Source: Moniliella sp. 'wahieum' (lineage: Eukaryota). Taken from it: 64,000 nucleotides of DNA. Location of the stretch: NCBI GenBank assembly GCA_003971905.1, contig RSEE01000033.1, positions 248,001 to 312,000 on the forward strand, given 5' to 3'. Position 1 is the first letter of the stretch. Every line of letters begins with the position of its first letter. Of the stretch, positions 1-11,147 are shown piece after piece. A program made the position numbers and the translations under genes. Under the pieces are notes generated by a model. That model was not told the origin of the DNA and did no database searches. It saw only the letters and a program-made list of their open reading frames with translations.

Positions 1-1338
1 GACAATGGGCGAGACGGGGACCAGCACCATGGGCGACGCCGCACGAAACGGAACACGGGGGGAGGCGGTGCGTACCAGGCCTTCGGCCAGCGAAGGCACG
101 GTGCGCGTGGCGTGACGAGGTGGGTACTTGCGAGTGAGCCCGACGCGGATGAGAAGGGTGCGACGCAAGAGGAAGAGGAAGAGCCAGAGGAACCTGGGCC
201 GGGAAGGGCAAGAGAGCCGAACGCGCATCGTTCAACAACTTCGCGTACTGCTGCAACATATCGTCCATTCGGACTTTTTCCGTCCGCAACGTATCGCACG
301 CCGATTCCAGCGTACCGATCCAATCCGTACCCCGCGCCTCGGGGGGAGAAGCCACACCCACGCCCCCGACCGTTTCAGGTAAGGTGTGGAGACTGGCGTG
401 GGGACTCGCCTCGGGTCCCGCCCAGTCGCGTCGCGAATCCGAGTACCGCGCTCGGCGTGCTGGCTGGGAAATCGAGCGGAAAGACGAACTAGGTCGACCG
501 AGACGAAGAGCAAGCGCGTCGGCAGCAGCCAGAGCCGCGGCACCAACCTCGTTCGGGCGGAGACGCTTGCTCACCCGCTCGTCCTGCCCGTACGGTCCAG
601 GTGGGGGGTAGGCGTACCGCTCCCCCCCGGGCACGGAGGGAGGCAGCCGACGTGCACCTACCTCCATCAATACCATTGCGGCCTCGCGTTCCCGGTCGGG
701 GTCGGGGGAAGCGCGGCCCGAGCTCGGCGGAGGCTGGAACGCCAACGGACTCTCGCTCCCACTTTCACTTTCGCTCATGAAACTTCCGTTGGGCGACAGA
801 GGCGTCGCCTGCCCCATCGCGGCGGCAGAGACGGTGGGACTTACTTGTTGAGAATCTTGGGGACCAGGGGAAACAGCGGTAGAGGGCTGGGAGGCGCACG
901 GGAAGAGGAAGGTGTACCAGTTGCGCCAAGTGCTGGAGGAGAGGTAGGAGCAGGGACGGAGGCGGAGGCGGAAGCGGGAGCGGGGGCGGAGGCAGAGGTG
1001 GGATTGCGTTTCCTTCGCTTAATCACGGTGCGCTTCAAGTTGATGGGACGCTGGGTGCCATGCAACTTGTAGAACAGCCCACATGCATTGCAGTTGGGAT
1101 TTCCCTCTTCGTCACGCCGCCATAGTGGGGTGGTATCCGTGCCACAGTTGGTGCACAGCAAGGGGCCCTCCTTGCCTTTGCCCCGAAGCTTGCTCTTGTC
1201 GGATCCGGTCGAGTCGGTCAAGGGAGTCGAGTCGTTCTTCTTGTCTGCTGGGAGGGGAGAGGAGTGGGAGGTGCTTGCCTCCGGGCTAGATGGACTGAAA
1301 GAGATGGGCTGTCCAGATGCAGCGGCAGTAAAGGCCAT
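1..1338 (-). CDS. GATA-type zinc-finger transcription factor (3' part frameshifted, probably runs off window start)
   Basis: ORF 841..1416 encodes [50 protein letters not shown] (C-x2-C-x17-C-x2-C). Probable ATG at 1338 (MAFTAAASG). Ser/Pro-rich coding continues in another frame below 860 ([12 protein letters not shown]...[12 protein letters not shown]). Confidence 0.85.
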
Positions 1339-3996
1339 GCTGGGCTCACCTGCGTGTGGGATCACAGCGCGCAGGGAAACGGAGACAGCAAGGGAGGAAA
1401 GGGACGGGCGTATCAACCGACGTCCGTCTCGGCACGATGGCTGTGGCGCTGGGCAGAGGGAGGATGGGGAAGGCGAGCGCGTGGGCAGGGGGAGCTTGAG
1501 CGGTGAGGAGGAGACGAAGGAGGGTGTCCGATGTGGGCTAGGGCACGGGAGATGGAAGGAGATAAGAGGGGATTACGATAAGAAGAAGAACGGGCGTGGA
1601 CTGCGAAAGAAAAAAAGGATGATTTTTGCGTGCGGAATTGGAGGAGGACGCTGGCCCCGTGCGATGCCCCTGGGGAGGAGGAGAGGGGGAGTGTCAAGCT
1701 TCAGGGCTGGATCGCCTGGCTTAATCTAATCGAAATCACAGCCGAGATCACGTGTCTGGTGCGTGTTGACATGTTGACACGTTGACGGTTGGCGTCTGCG
1801 CACGAAAAGGGGGAATTGAACAGTTCAGTTGGCGATGCAGCGGAAGGGCGGGGCGGAATGGCACATCAATGACGCTTGACGTTCCGTTGAACGTTTGACG
1901 GTTGATGAGCAAAAGGGTGGACGATGCATGATGGGATGCTTCCCCACACACGGGGCAGGTGGCACAGGTTGGGTGGGGCTGCCCCACAGGTTGGGCCCTT
2001 TGGAGGGGCGCACGGGGGCTGTGGAGAAGCTTCTGGTGGATGGGCCACGGGCATGGGCCATGGGCCATTCACGCTGCGACGTATCGACGGACCACCCCCC
2101 GACAGAGGGATGCAGGATTAAGTGCCCGGATAAATGTCCTCCTCTTGCTGCTCTTTCTCGGTGATCTCGATGATCGATCGAGAGTGGGGCCGGTGGAACG
2201 AGGACAATGGACGCTGGACGAGTCCCATGGAGCATGGAGTCGGATTGACATCGAGTACGGTGGGCGTAATAACGATGGCTGTTGTGGCCGCTGAGCTGTC
2301 AAGAATGGCACATCAAATGTCAACATGTCAACTGTCAAAAAGGTCACCCCAGGGTGTGGGGACTTGCCGGTGGGATGTGCCACGCACATGGGTCACTCAA
2401 TGCATGAATGGAGATCGGGCCGCCAAGTAGCTATAGCGGAGAGGGGGGTTACGTTGAGAGTTGAGATCTGAGAACGGTATGTTTTGAACAATGCCTCCAG
2501 AGATTCCGAGCATGTCGATCGATAATCGAGATGATGTGGCGATGGGTGCGACGGATGTTCTTCTCAAGATCCCAGATCCAGATTCCGAATGAGATTTCAC
2601 CGGTCTTCTCGCATGTCATACAGTGACATACGACATGCCATGCATCCCCCTCGGCCCTCCGACGACGTGTAGCGAGGTCGCTGCTTTTCGTGTGCAGCAT
2701 AGCACCTCTGATCTCTTCCTGCTGTTTTGCATGAGGAGAAGGCCCGCCCCACAAGTGCATACTGAACTGGCAGAATACATTGTAGAATGTAGAATGGGGC
2801 ACCAGGTGGGGAGATTGAAAAGACAATCAAAGATGCGGCGAAACAGCCGAGAGTGCGTGGCAAAACAGGCAAATCCCATTGGACATCGAGATGCATCCGC
2901 CACTGCATGACATGTGACATCTGTGAAGAGGATATGTATGGGCGAGAAGGGTCTCGCGGTCGGGTCTTGTCGGCGTTTATTACTGGACCGTATATAGTTT
3001 GCACAATTCCAAGCCCACACAGCGGTCTCATCTCTCCTCGCCGATTGTGGGGCTAGAAAACACAACCCCTGTGCCCCAGGCAGCTGGGTGTGGTTTGGGG
3101 TGGGGGTGGCAAAGGAAGTGACACTTTTTTCACTTGAAGCTGTGGAGAAGGGCAGTGGGCTAGTGGGCGCTGTTGTGGGGTGAAAAAAACTGTGCTGCTG
3201 TCGGCCCGAGGCGTGAGGCGCGCGAAGCTCGTACTGGCCGAACGGGGCACAACGGGGCACAACAGGGCGCAACTTGGGTGCCACTGCACGTGGCGATATA
3301 ATAGGCGCACAAGAAAGGCCAGGCACCAGAGCCAGTGCAGTACGTTCAGTTGAGTACGCAGTACTGCTCAGACTGAGCCTGAACGTTGGTTGAACTGCCC
3401 CGCCGGCGCAGCAACGTCACGCGTCAGGCGTCTGGCTCGGCAGTGGCTCAGCCTCTCAGGCCGCCAGGCGGTCAGCGACGGTTAGTACGGTTATACTTGT
3501 ACTTAGTCGACGTATCCATATTCGTACCCCCCAGTACCTGAAAAAAGCCGTGAAAGAAGTGGGGTTAAGCCGGGACTGGGGCCGAAACGCAACGCAACCG
3601 GTGCATCGAGAGTGCTTCGGTGGCGGTGGCCAGCGGCTGCGGGGTGCGTGTAGCCCAGCAGGTCGGTTTTAGGCAAGGAGGGGGTGTTTGGGGGGCTCCA
3701 CAACGCTCAGCACGCTCAGCACGAGCAGCATCAGCGCCTCAGACCAGAGCCTCTCAGACCAGGGCCTCAGACCACAGAACCTCGGGCGCTTTTGTCCCAC
3801 TTGATCCCGCCCTCCCCCCCGCGACTGAGCCAGCGGGCCCACTACCGTTGGGGCCCAACAACTGCCGCCCAACCCCTCCTGCCGACCTACCTTCGGTCTA
3901 ATCCTCCTCCCAACTACGCTTCTCTTCCCCTCCTCTCCTCCTCCTCCTCCTCCTCTCGTCTCGGCCACCATGCGTCCGAGCAGCATGCGCGCCGCA

Positions 3997-5978
3997 TGCA
4001 TGTCCACCACCTCCTCCACCCCTCCCCCATCCCTGTCCCTGCGCCCGATGCAACCACAAGCGAGAGCGATGAGAACTGCCGCCATCGTCCCCGCCCCCCC
4101 GCCCTCGGCCGCCACCTAGCACAAAAGTGCTCGACCCGCACCTGCCCCACCAACTGTCGGCGCTGCACTTGGACGACCGCCCCACCTCGCCTCTGGAGGG
4201 CAAGCCGCGCTGGCCCTCAGCCATCTGCGCTACGTGTCCGACACAAGGACCCGGTCAGCGACGCTTTCGGATTCGGCGTCGAGCATCCATGCGCTCTTGG
4301 TCCCAGCTCGGTCGATGACACTAGTTCTTCCACCACCACCACCGTCGAGGAGCGGCCGTACCGCTCACGTTGCCCTCTGAGCCGATGCCGATGCAGCGTT
4401 GGGCGGCCACCCACTTGTGGGGGGTACGCTCGATGCGTATGCGCGTGCCAAGCAAAATCCCGGTTTGTCAAGTACGGTGCTGGGCTGGTCGACGATGGGC
4501 AGGCGGCCGTCATGTCGCGTGTGGGCGACGTGCTGGGAGAAGAGAATGTACAGCAGCTGAATGGATTTGCGCGTCGGCAACTGGATTGGTTGTATCCCAA
4601 CAAGCCCAACCAACTGACTGCCACCTTTACCGGTCCCTCGGGCCCGCCCTCGCCACGGCCCTCGCAACCCTCTTCTCCGCCGAAGAACGAAAGGCGATTG
4701 AACGGACGATAGAGGAGCAGCGGAGCAGCGTTGGAGCGCCCTCTCGCCGGAACAACAAGAAGCACAAGCACGCCAAGTCTGGCTCTTTGCTCTTCATGCC
4801 CGTCGACCCGACTTGGCCGGCCCCATTGAGCCCTCGCCGCAACCCTTCTGGGCCCCCACTTCCCTCTCCCGCCCGCAGGACCGTAACCACGCCCCCCTCC
4901 CGCGTCGCGCTTCCGCAGGCACGGGCCGAAGTACAGGCACACGCACGGCAACGCGCTTCCCGTTCCGGTCTGGCCACCGTGCTGGGCGGAGCGTCCGGGG
5001 CGGTGGCGGCAGGCGGGTTGAGCGGAGCGTTGGCGGGCGACCCGAGTCGATCAAGTCGCTAAAGTATTGCCTCAGTGGCTGCAATACTCGACTGCGCACC
5101 TCGAGCACCACATTACCACTCTGCGCGATGTCATGGTCCAAATCAACCATGGCGAGGCGGACGTCACTGCGCCGCGCCGGCCGCGGCGGCCAACCTGGTG
5201 CAAATCAAAAACCGACGTGGTACACACGATTCGTAACGTGGTGGGCGTCGTATCCAACTACGCCGGCGCCGCGCTGCCCACCCCAGCGCGCAACACGGTC
5301 AAGGACTTTTTGTTGTCCCTCCCTGCTCGCTGGACTTATTTGAACGCGCCTCCGCCGTCCCATCCGACCCAACCCGACACCCAACCTCAAACCCCAACCC
5401 AAACCCAACGCACTCCCGCCGAATCGCAGCGCGCGGCCGCCGCGGCCAACAAGGTGTTTTTCCTCGCGGTCGAAAGCCTGGACATTTTACGTAGCGTGAC
5501 CGTCGTGTTTGGCGAATCGCTGGACAAGGTGGATGTATGGGTAGACCGGTTACGCGCGGCGGGGATACAGCGCAAACGGTTGTTGGAGGACCAAGATCGG
5601 GACGAGCTTCAGTTGGAACTGGACGCCTCCTCGGCGCACCCCACCTCCACTTCCGCCTCCGCCTCCGCCTCCGCCTCCGCCTCCACCTCCACGTTCACCT
5701 CGTCCCACCGCGCGCTTCCTAGCCCTACTCCTCTCAGCGATCGGTCGGGCACTGCCTCCCTCTCCAAGCGCCGTCGCACCCGTACCTCCATCTCCTCCGC
5801 TCCGGCGCTTTCCTACTCCCAAACGATGCTGCACGAGCGAGAACGGGATCGAGAACGGGAACGGGAACGGGAAGGAGGCCGGCGAAATTCCCAGCTGCAC
5901 CCACTTGCCGAAACTGGCCCCTCTACTCTCCCCGCGTCCGAGCACGCGTCGTTGTCTTCGGACGCAAGGCACACGTGA
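3997..5978 (+). CDS. OPI1: Opi1-like transcriptional repressor (frameshifted; start approximate)
   Basis: Motifs SRFVKYGAGLV, QLNGFARRQLD, SLKYCLQWLQYSTAHL, KTDVVHTIRNVVGVVSNYAGAALPTPARNTVKDFLLSLPARW and KVFFLAVESLDILRSVTVVFGESLDKVDVWV are typical of the fungal Opi1 family. Confidence 0.8.
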
Positions 5979-6166
5979 GTACCGTCAGGGCGCTACCACG
6001 GTGGGCGAAACCTGTACATACAAGGATTCGAATCATCCCCTCCGTGTCTTTCCTCTGGGTCGCACTACAAGTCTATCCCGTCACAAAGGTTTGGATGCAG
6101 CATCGTAGTGGTGTATGGATTGGATGGCTGGATGGGTGATGGGTAGATAGGAATGGGGAGGGATGG

Positions 6167-8045
6167 CTACTTGTTGCCTACCCTCTTGGGGGGGAGGTCC
6201 TGTCCAACCTTGTCGTTCGGGGTGGGCGGCGCGCCAGGAGAGAAAGGCGTCGGAGCAGGCATCATCGCTGGCCCCGTAGGTCCGGTAGGTGAAACCGCAG
6301 GAAACACATCGCCTACCACTTGCGACACGGCGAGCAGCATTCGTTCGTACCCCCATTGGCCCGTCAACGCCACAGAGAGGGGCAAGCCGTCGTGAGCTAA
6401 GCCTGTGGGTACCGCCACGCTGGGAAGACCGGCTAACGAAGCAGGCGTGGTGAACACGTCCTGGGTATACTCGCTGGTAGGGTGCGACTGGGAGCTGGGC
6501 GGCGCAGGTTGGCCCCCGTGCTCGACGGGAAGCAGGGGCGCGGTGCCGACGGTGATGGGATGCAGAAGGAGGTCTACCCCGGTAGCTGCAGCGGCGGAAG
6601 GAGAAGAGGAGCGCACGTCTCGTGCGCGGAAGACGGCTTGAAAGTCGGCGCGGACACGCTCACGAACCCGTTGGGCAGCGAGGAAAAAGTTATCTTTGTG
6701 TCCTGCCGACAGAGCGTAGGTGCCCAGCAAGATGCGCTTGCGTACTTCGGGGCCAAATAGCGCCGAGCGAGCGTGCGCATTGGCGTGGATGAACTGGTCT
6801 CGCTCGCTGGGCACAGAAGGATCAGGCCCACGAGAAAGCGCAGCAGCCAAGTCGGTGGCTTGCGGCCCAAAGCCAAGCGAGGTGCTGGTATAGGCTCCGT
6901 AGCGGGCAAGGTTGCTCGACGCCTCGGCACAGGCCAGAAGGTAATACGCACCCAACGCATCCTTGGTCGTAGGCAGCGAAACCGGCACAACCTCCGCCCC
7001 GCGCGCCTTGAGCGCTGCAGCCACCGATCTCACCCGTTCCGAAGCTGCCGGTGACAGCTCCGACGGGAAGTACGCTGTCGGCACACCCACCCGCAGACCA
7101 CGGAGATCCACTTGCTCTCCTCTCCTTTGGGACGTGTCCATGGGAGCTGGGGGGGCGGCGAAAAGGGACCGGCCTCCTCGACGGGATCCAGACACAGTTC
7201 TTCCATTCGCTTCGTCTCCTCTTCTCGGGCCGCAGCGCGAAGGGCGAGCGGGGCACTGGTTGGGTCCTGCTCGTCCGGCTGGTCCAGTACATCTGGCCTC
7301 GGGTCAGTCCTGCACGCCGTTGGTAGGGAAATCCAGCCACGCACTCAGCACACTCGCCACATCCTCCACTTGCCGAGCTACTATCCCAATCGTATCTGTC
7401 GAGTCGACGTAGGGCACCAAGCCAAAGCGGGAGATGCGGCCATAGGAAGGCTTGAGCCCCCACACACCACAGTAGGCCGCGGGAAGACGGACGGAACCGC
7501 CGGTATCGGAGCCAAGCGCGACCCGACACAGGCCCGCTGCCACCGCGGCCGCCGCACCGCCCGACGAGCCTCCGGCCACACGTCGCGCTCCATCTTTGCC
7601 CACCCAGGGCGAGATGACAGGACCATGCACCGAGTGCAGGTTGGCTGACCCCATGCCAAACTCATCGCAGTTGGTCTTGCCCACCAACGTCGCCCCGGCA
7701 CGCGTCAGCAGCTGCACCACGGATGCATCGTACCCGGCTCGCCAGCCACGCAGCATGGACGACCCACACGTCGTCTGCATCGTCTCGGTGCACATGTTCA
7801 TCTTGGCGGTCCAGGACCAGCCGTGGAGCGGGCCGGGCAGGGGCGCGCTGGGCGGAGCCAGCTCCACAATCGCGTTCCACGGGTCGGACGAGGGCTGCGG
7901 CGCGGCAGGCGGGGGTTGGGGACGCGCGGTGGGGGGCCTGGGCCGCAGCACCGCATGCGGCGGCGGTGCGCAGGGCGGCGCGGCCAGGAGCACAGCGGGG
8001 CACCAGCGCCGTCGCCCGCGCGGGGGCGAGGAGGAGGGCGGCCAT
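6167..8045 (-). CDS. HER2: Mitochondrial Glu-tRNA(Gln) amidotransferase subunit A (amidase signature family), frameshifted
   Basis: GKTNCDEFGMGS, GGSSGGAAAAVAAG, LGSDTGGSVRLPAAYCG amidase signature; GatA-type EASSNLARY and FGPEVRKRILLGTYALS. Ala/Arg-rich presequence-like start MAALLLAPARA at 8045. Confidence 0.9.
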
Positions 8046-8555
8046 GGCGGGCTGGCGGGTGGGGGTGGGGGTGGGAGACGGGGGGCTGTAGTGGGCGTGC
8101 GGCCGATGCGCACGGGATGGCTCGCTCGGTGCAACGTCATTGGCTGGCGATGCTGCGAGGGACAATGCAGGGAGCATCCAATCTGCATGGCCCCATGCAT
8201 CAACATTTCAGCGTTCAGATCGCCACGTGACGCACACTCTAGATGGACAGCCTGCGCTCGCCAGACGGCGTTGCTTGTCTCGCCTCGCACGCGCCGCTGC
8301 GGGCGGTGGACTGGCCGGCTGCTCCGCCCAACCGCATCCGTCGCGGCTGCTCCGGCGGGAGCGACGGGCGGCATGTGCGTCTGCCCTCTGCCACGCCGCC
8401 CGCGCGCCGTCCAGTGCAGACGCAGCCCATGTCCCCCAGCGAATGCCCATGCCGCTTACCAAATCTGCCGCTCCCTGCCAGCGCCCCGCCAGCGCTCGCT
8501 GTGCCTGTGCTCCCACATACCCTGCAGCCCACCCCCACCGCCTCCCCCAACCACC

Positions 8556-9217
8556 ATGGCTCTCCCCCATCTTGGTCGTGCCCTGGCCGGCGCCTGCGCA
8601 CCACCGCTCCCCATGCCGTCCTGCGCCCAGCGCCAGCCCGCCTCGTCTCCACCTCCCTCGCCTCCCGGGGCGCAAGCGCCACGGCCGGGTACCGCCTCAA
8701 CCACTGCATGATGCGCATCAAGGACCCTGCCACCGAGCTGCCGTTTTACCAGTTGCTCGGCATGGACCTCGTCCACCAGATGGACGGCGGTGACTTTGTC
8801 AATTACTTTGTTGCCTACCCGCCCAGCAAGCACGAAGCGGCGCTGCCGCTCTTTTCCCGCCAAGGCCTGGTCGAACTCACATGGAACAAGGGCACAGAAA
8901 CCGAGCCGGGCCCAGTGTATGTGTCGGGAAACGAGGAGCCGCACCGTGGGTTCGGACACATTGCCATTTCCGTCCCCGACTTGGCGCAGGCGGTCCAGCG
9001 TCTGGACCAGGCAGGCGTGCAGTTCAAAAAGGTACGTGCCCTCTTGCCCTCTTCCACTCAGTTGGGGCGAATGAAGAACTGTGGTCGGCTGACGTGACCT
9101 ATCCTGACTTCGCTTCGTACCGCATAGAGGCCGGAAGATGGACGGATGCGCGACATTGCGTTTGCTCTGTCACCCACCGGGTACTGGGTCGAAATTATTC
9201 AACAGAAGACGGCGTAG
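8556..9217 (+). CDS. GLO1: Lactoylglutathione lyase (glyoxalase I) with presequence-like N-terminus; intron 9032-9127
   Basis: YRLNHCMMRIKDP, VELTWNKGTE, RGFGHIAISV; GTACGT...CATAG intron, then RPEDGRMRDIAFALSPTGYWVEII. All four metal ligands (H/E/H/E) are present. Confidence 0.9.
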
Positions 9218-9896
9218 GCGCCTCATCGGTACTCAGTACTCTGTACACTCTCTGTACACTGGGCTCTCTACTCAATATATCAGTGATGCAGGATGCCCAC
9301 AGGGTGGGAACGGCGAGTTGAGCAGCCCCCATCCCTGTCAGTGGCGGACATAATGTGTGGGTGGGTTGCTGGTCGACCACGCGCGGGCACTGGCTTCTGA
9401 TGACTGATTTCTGTTGCGCTACTGGTGTCTCCTGAGTACTGAGTATGAACTACCTACTGGTCGATCATATCCATGGTCATGACTCTGGCCAAAGGCTGGC
9501 TCCCTGACGCGACCGCAAACACTGGGTATGTACGGGGACCTCGCTTGTGGCGGTACTACGGCCGGTTCTCATTCAGGGGCCGTCCTTATCCATTCATCTG
9601 TCCTCAGTTGGTGTCCTTCGACGATGGTTCTCGTGGTTCGGCCACGGTACCCCCTCGGTTTCCCCTTTCATGCCTCAGAGCCCCGATTGATGTTTTCTCG
9701 TTTCTGTCTTCCCTGTTCCACCACCAGGACCGGCACCGGAAGGTGTTGGCACGTTGACATACTGGTGGAGGCGTCGTTGGGGCGCGTTGGACCGGGCGGT
9801 GCGCGAAAAACGGTGGGTCATATGCCCAGCTTTCCAAGCTCTAAGCAACCTGAATTCTCCCTGTCGTAGTATGCAGAGACACTCGGCAGCTATGCC

Positions 9897-9994
9897 CTCT
9901 CCTTAGCTCAGTTGGAAGAGCGTCAGATTGTAATTGGTTATGTGGAAAATTCCTTCCGCTCTGAATGTCCTGGGTTCGACTCCCAGAGGGGAGA
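9897..9994 (+). tRNA. tRNA-Tyr(GTA) with ~25-nt intron (9934-9958)
   Basis: Acceptor CTCTCCT/AGGGGAG, D arm GCTC-AGTTGGAA-GAGC, anticodon stem TCAGA/TCTGA with GTA at 9930-9932, T arm CTGGG-TTCGACT-CCCAG, followed by a T-run Pol III terminator. Confidence 0.92.
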
Positions 9995-10234
9995 TTTTTT
10001 TCGCACGGGGATTTTATGATTTCCTTCATGCATCAGATCTCAGACCTCACACGTTGTGCGCAACGCAGTCATAGTCACGTGCCAATATGTTTCTGACCGA
10101 CCGCAGCAGCCTCCGCGGCTTTTTGTGCGTTGCTCGACCTCCGTATCTCTCACTCGGACGTTTTTTTCGTGGCTACGCGTTTCCAGACCTTATACTCCGC
10201 CCCCCATCCCCACCACTGCCTCTTCCCGGTCCCG

Positions 10235-11019
10235 ATGGCCTCTGACCTCGTTCCCGTCCCGTCTGCTCGCCGCACCATTGAGCAGCTCCGCCTTGCCCCC
10301 ATCCCGAGGGCGGCTTCTACGCCGTGACCTGGGTGGACGACCAACAGGTGGCATCGCCCTATGCGCATGGATCCCAACGCAGCGTAGCCACGTGCATTTA
10401 TTATTATTCTGTGCCCACGTCCCACGCGGGCCTGGCGTTGGCCGACCCGGTGCAGGCTGGCATGCCGGCGGGATGGCAGCCTGGGACCGGCGTGCTGCAC
10501 ATCAACAAAAGCCCCACCATGCACTTGCTGCATCACGGTGTGTCGCACTACACCCTCATTCGTGCTGCCGCGCCCTGGGGCCCGTATGACCCGACCCGCA
10601 CGCCCAGCCGTACCAGCTGCCGGAAATTCGCACGGTGACCATGGGATCGCAGGCGGCCAACGGCGAGGTGCTGCAGTTGCTGGTCGAAACGGGATGGTGG
10701 AAAGTCAGCATGCTCTCCCCTGGCCAACGCGAACTGGCTCCGACGTCCACGGAAAAGGAACAAGATGCGTCGGACGCCTTGATCAGTGAAGTTGTTACCC
10801 CAGGTGAGTACCCGTCCTTTCCCCGTTAGGAACAACGGGAGAGATCTCAGACTGAAAGCACTGAGAGCTAACGCTTACCGGTTACTTGTTTTTGGTCGGG
10901 GTAGGTTTCGACTGGAGCGATCACACCTATATGCGTTTGGAGGACCTCAAAGCACTGTTCCCTTTCAATCCCGAGTTTGTCCTCAAGTACACCTCGTTTC
11001 TTCTCGTCCGCAAGAGTAA
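10235..11019 (+). CDS. DUF985 / Cupin_5 family protein (frameshifted; intron ~10805-10903; end approximate)
   Basis: EGGFYAVTW, RSVATCIYY, LHINKSPTMHLLHHG, GEVLQLLVETGWWK, LISEVVTPG|FDWSDH match the DUF985 cupin pattern (HPEGG...TxIYyL...H...W...SxVVxPGFdf.D). Confidence 0.8.
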
Positions 11020-11051
11020 GTGTAAAAAAGAAAGCAAGACAAGAAAAAGTG

Positions 11052-11147
11052 TGCCTCTTGGCCGAATCGAACGACCGATCTTCTCATACCGTACAGGACC
11101 GTCGGGTCACATACTAGTGAGATGCTTTACCACTGAGCCAAAGAGGC
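11052..11147 (-). tRNA. tRNA-Thr(AGT) with ~24-nt intron (11088-11111)
   Basis: Reverse complement reads GCCTCTT TG GCTC AGTGGTAA AGC A TCTCA CT AGT A [intron] A TGAGA AGATC GGTCG TTCGATT CGGCC AAGAGGC A, followed by a T-rich tail. Confidence 0.92.

Noticed and set aside
838..845. GTAAGT on the minus strand as an intron donor in the GATA gene
   Set aside because: The downstream sequence reads as continuous Ser/Pro-rich coding in another frame, so a frameshift is the simpler explanation.
5645..5875. GCCTCC and GAACGG hexamer repeats
   Set aside because: Ordinary coding low-complexity runs (SASASA, ERERER) within the Opi1-like gene.
7596..8711. Long antisense or alternate-frame ORFs (e.g. 7596..8711, 386..1072, 37013..37621, 45783..46364)
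   Set aside because: Shadow ORFs of GC-rich genes on the opposite strand, with no family motifs.
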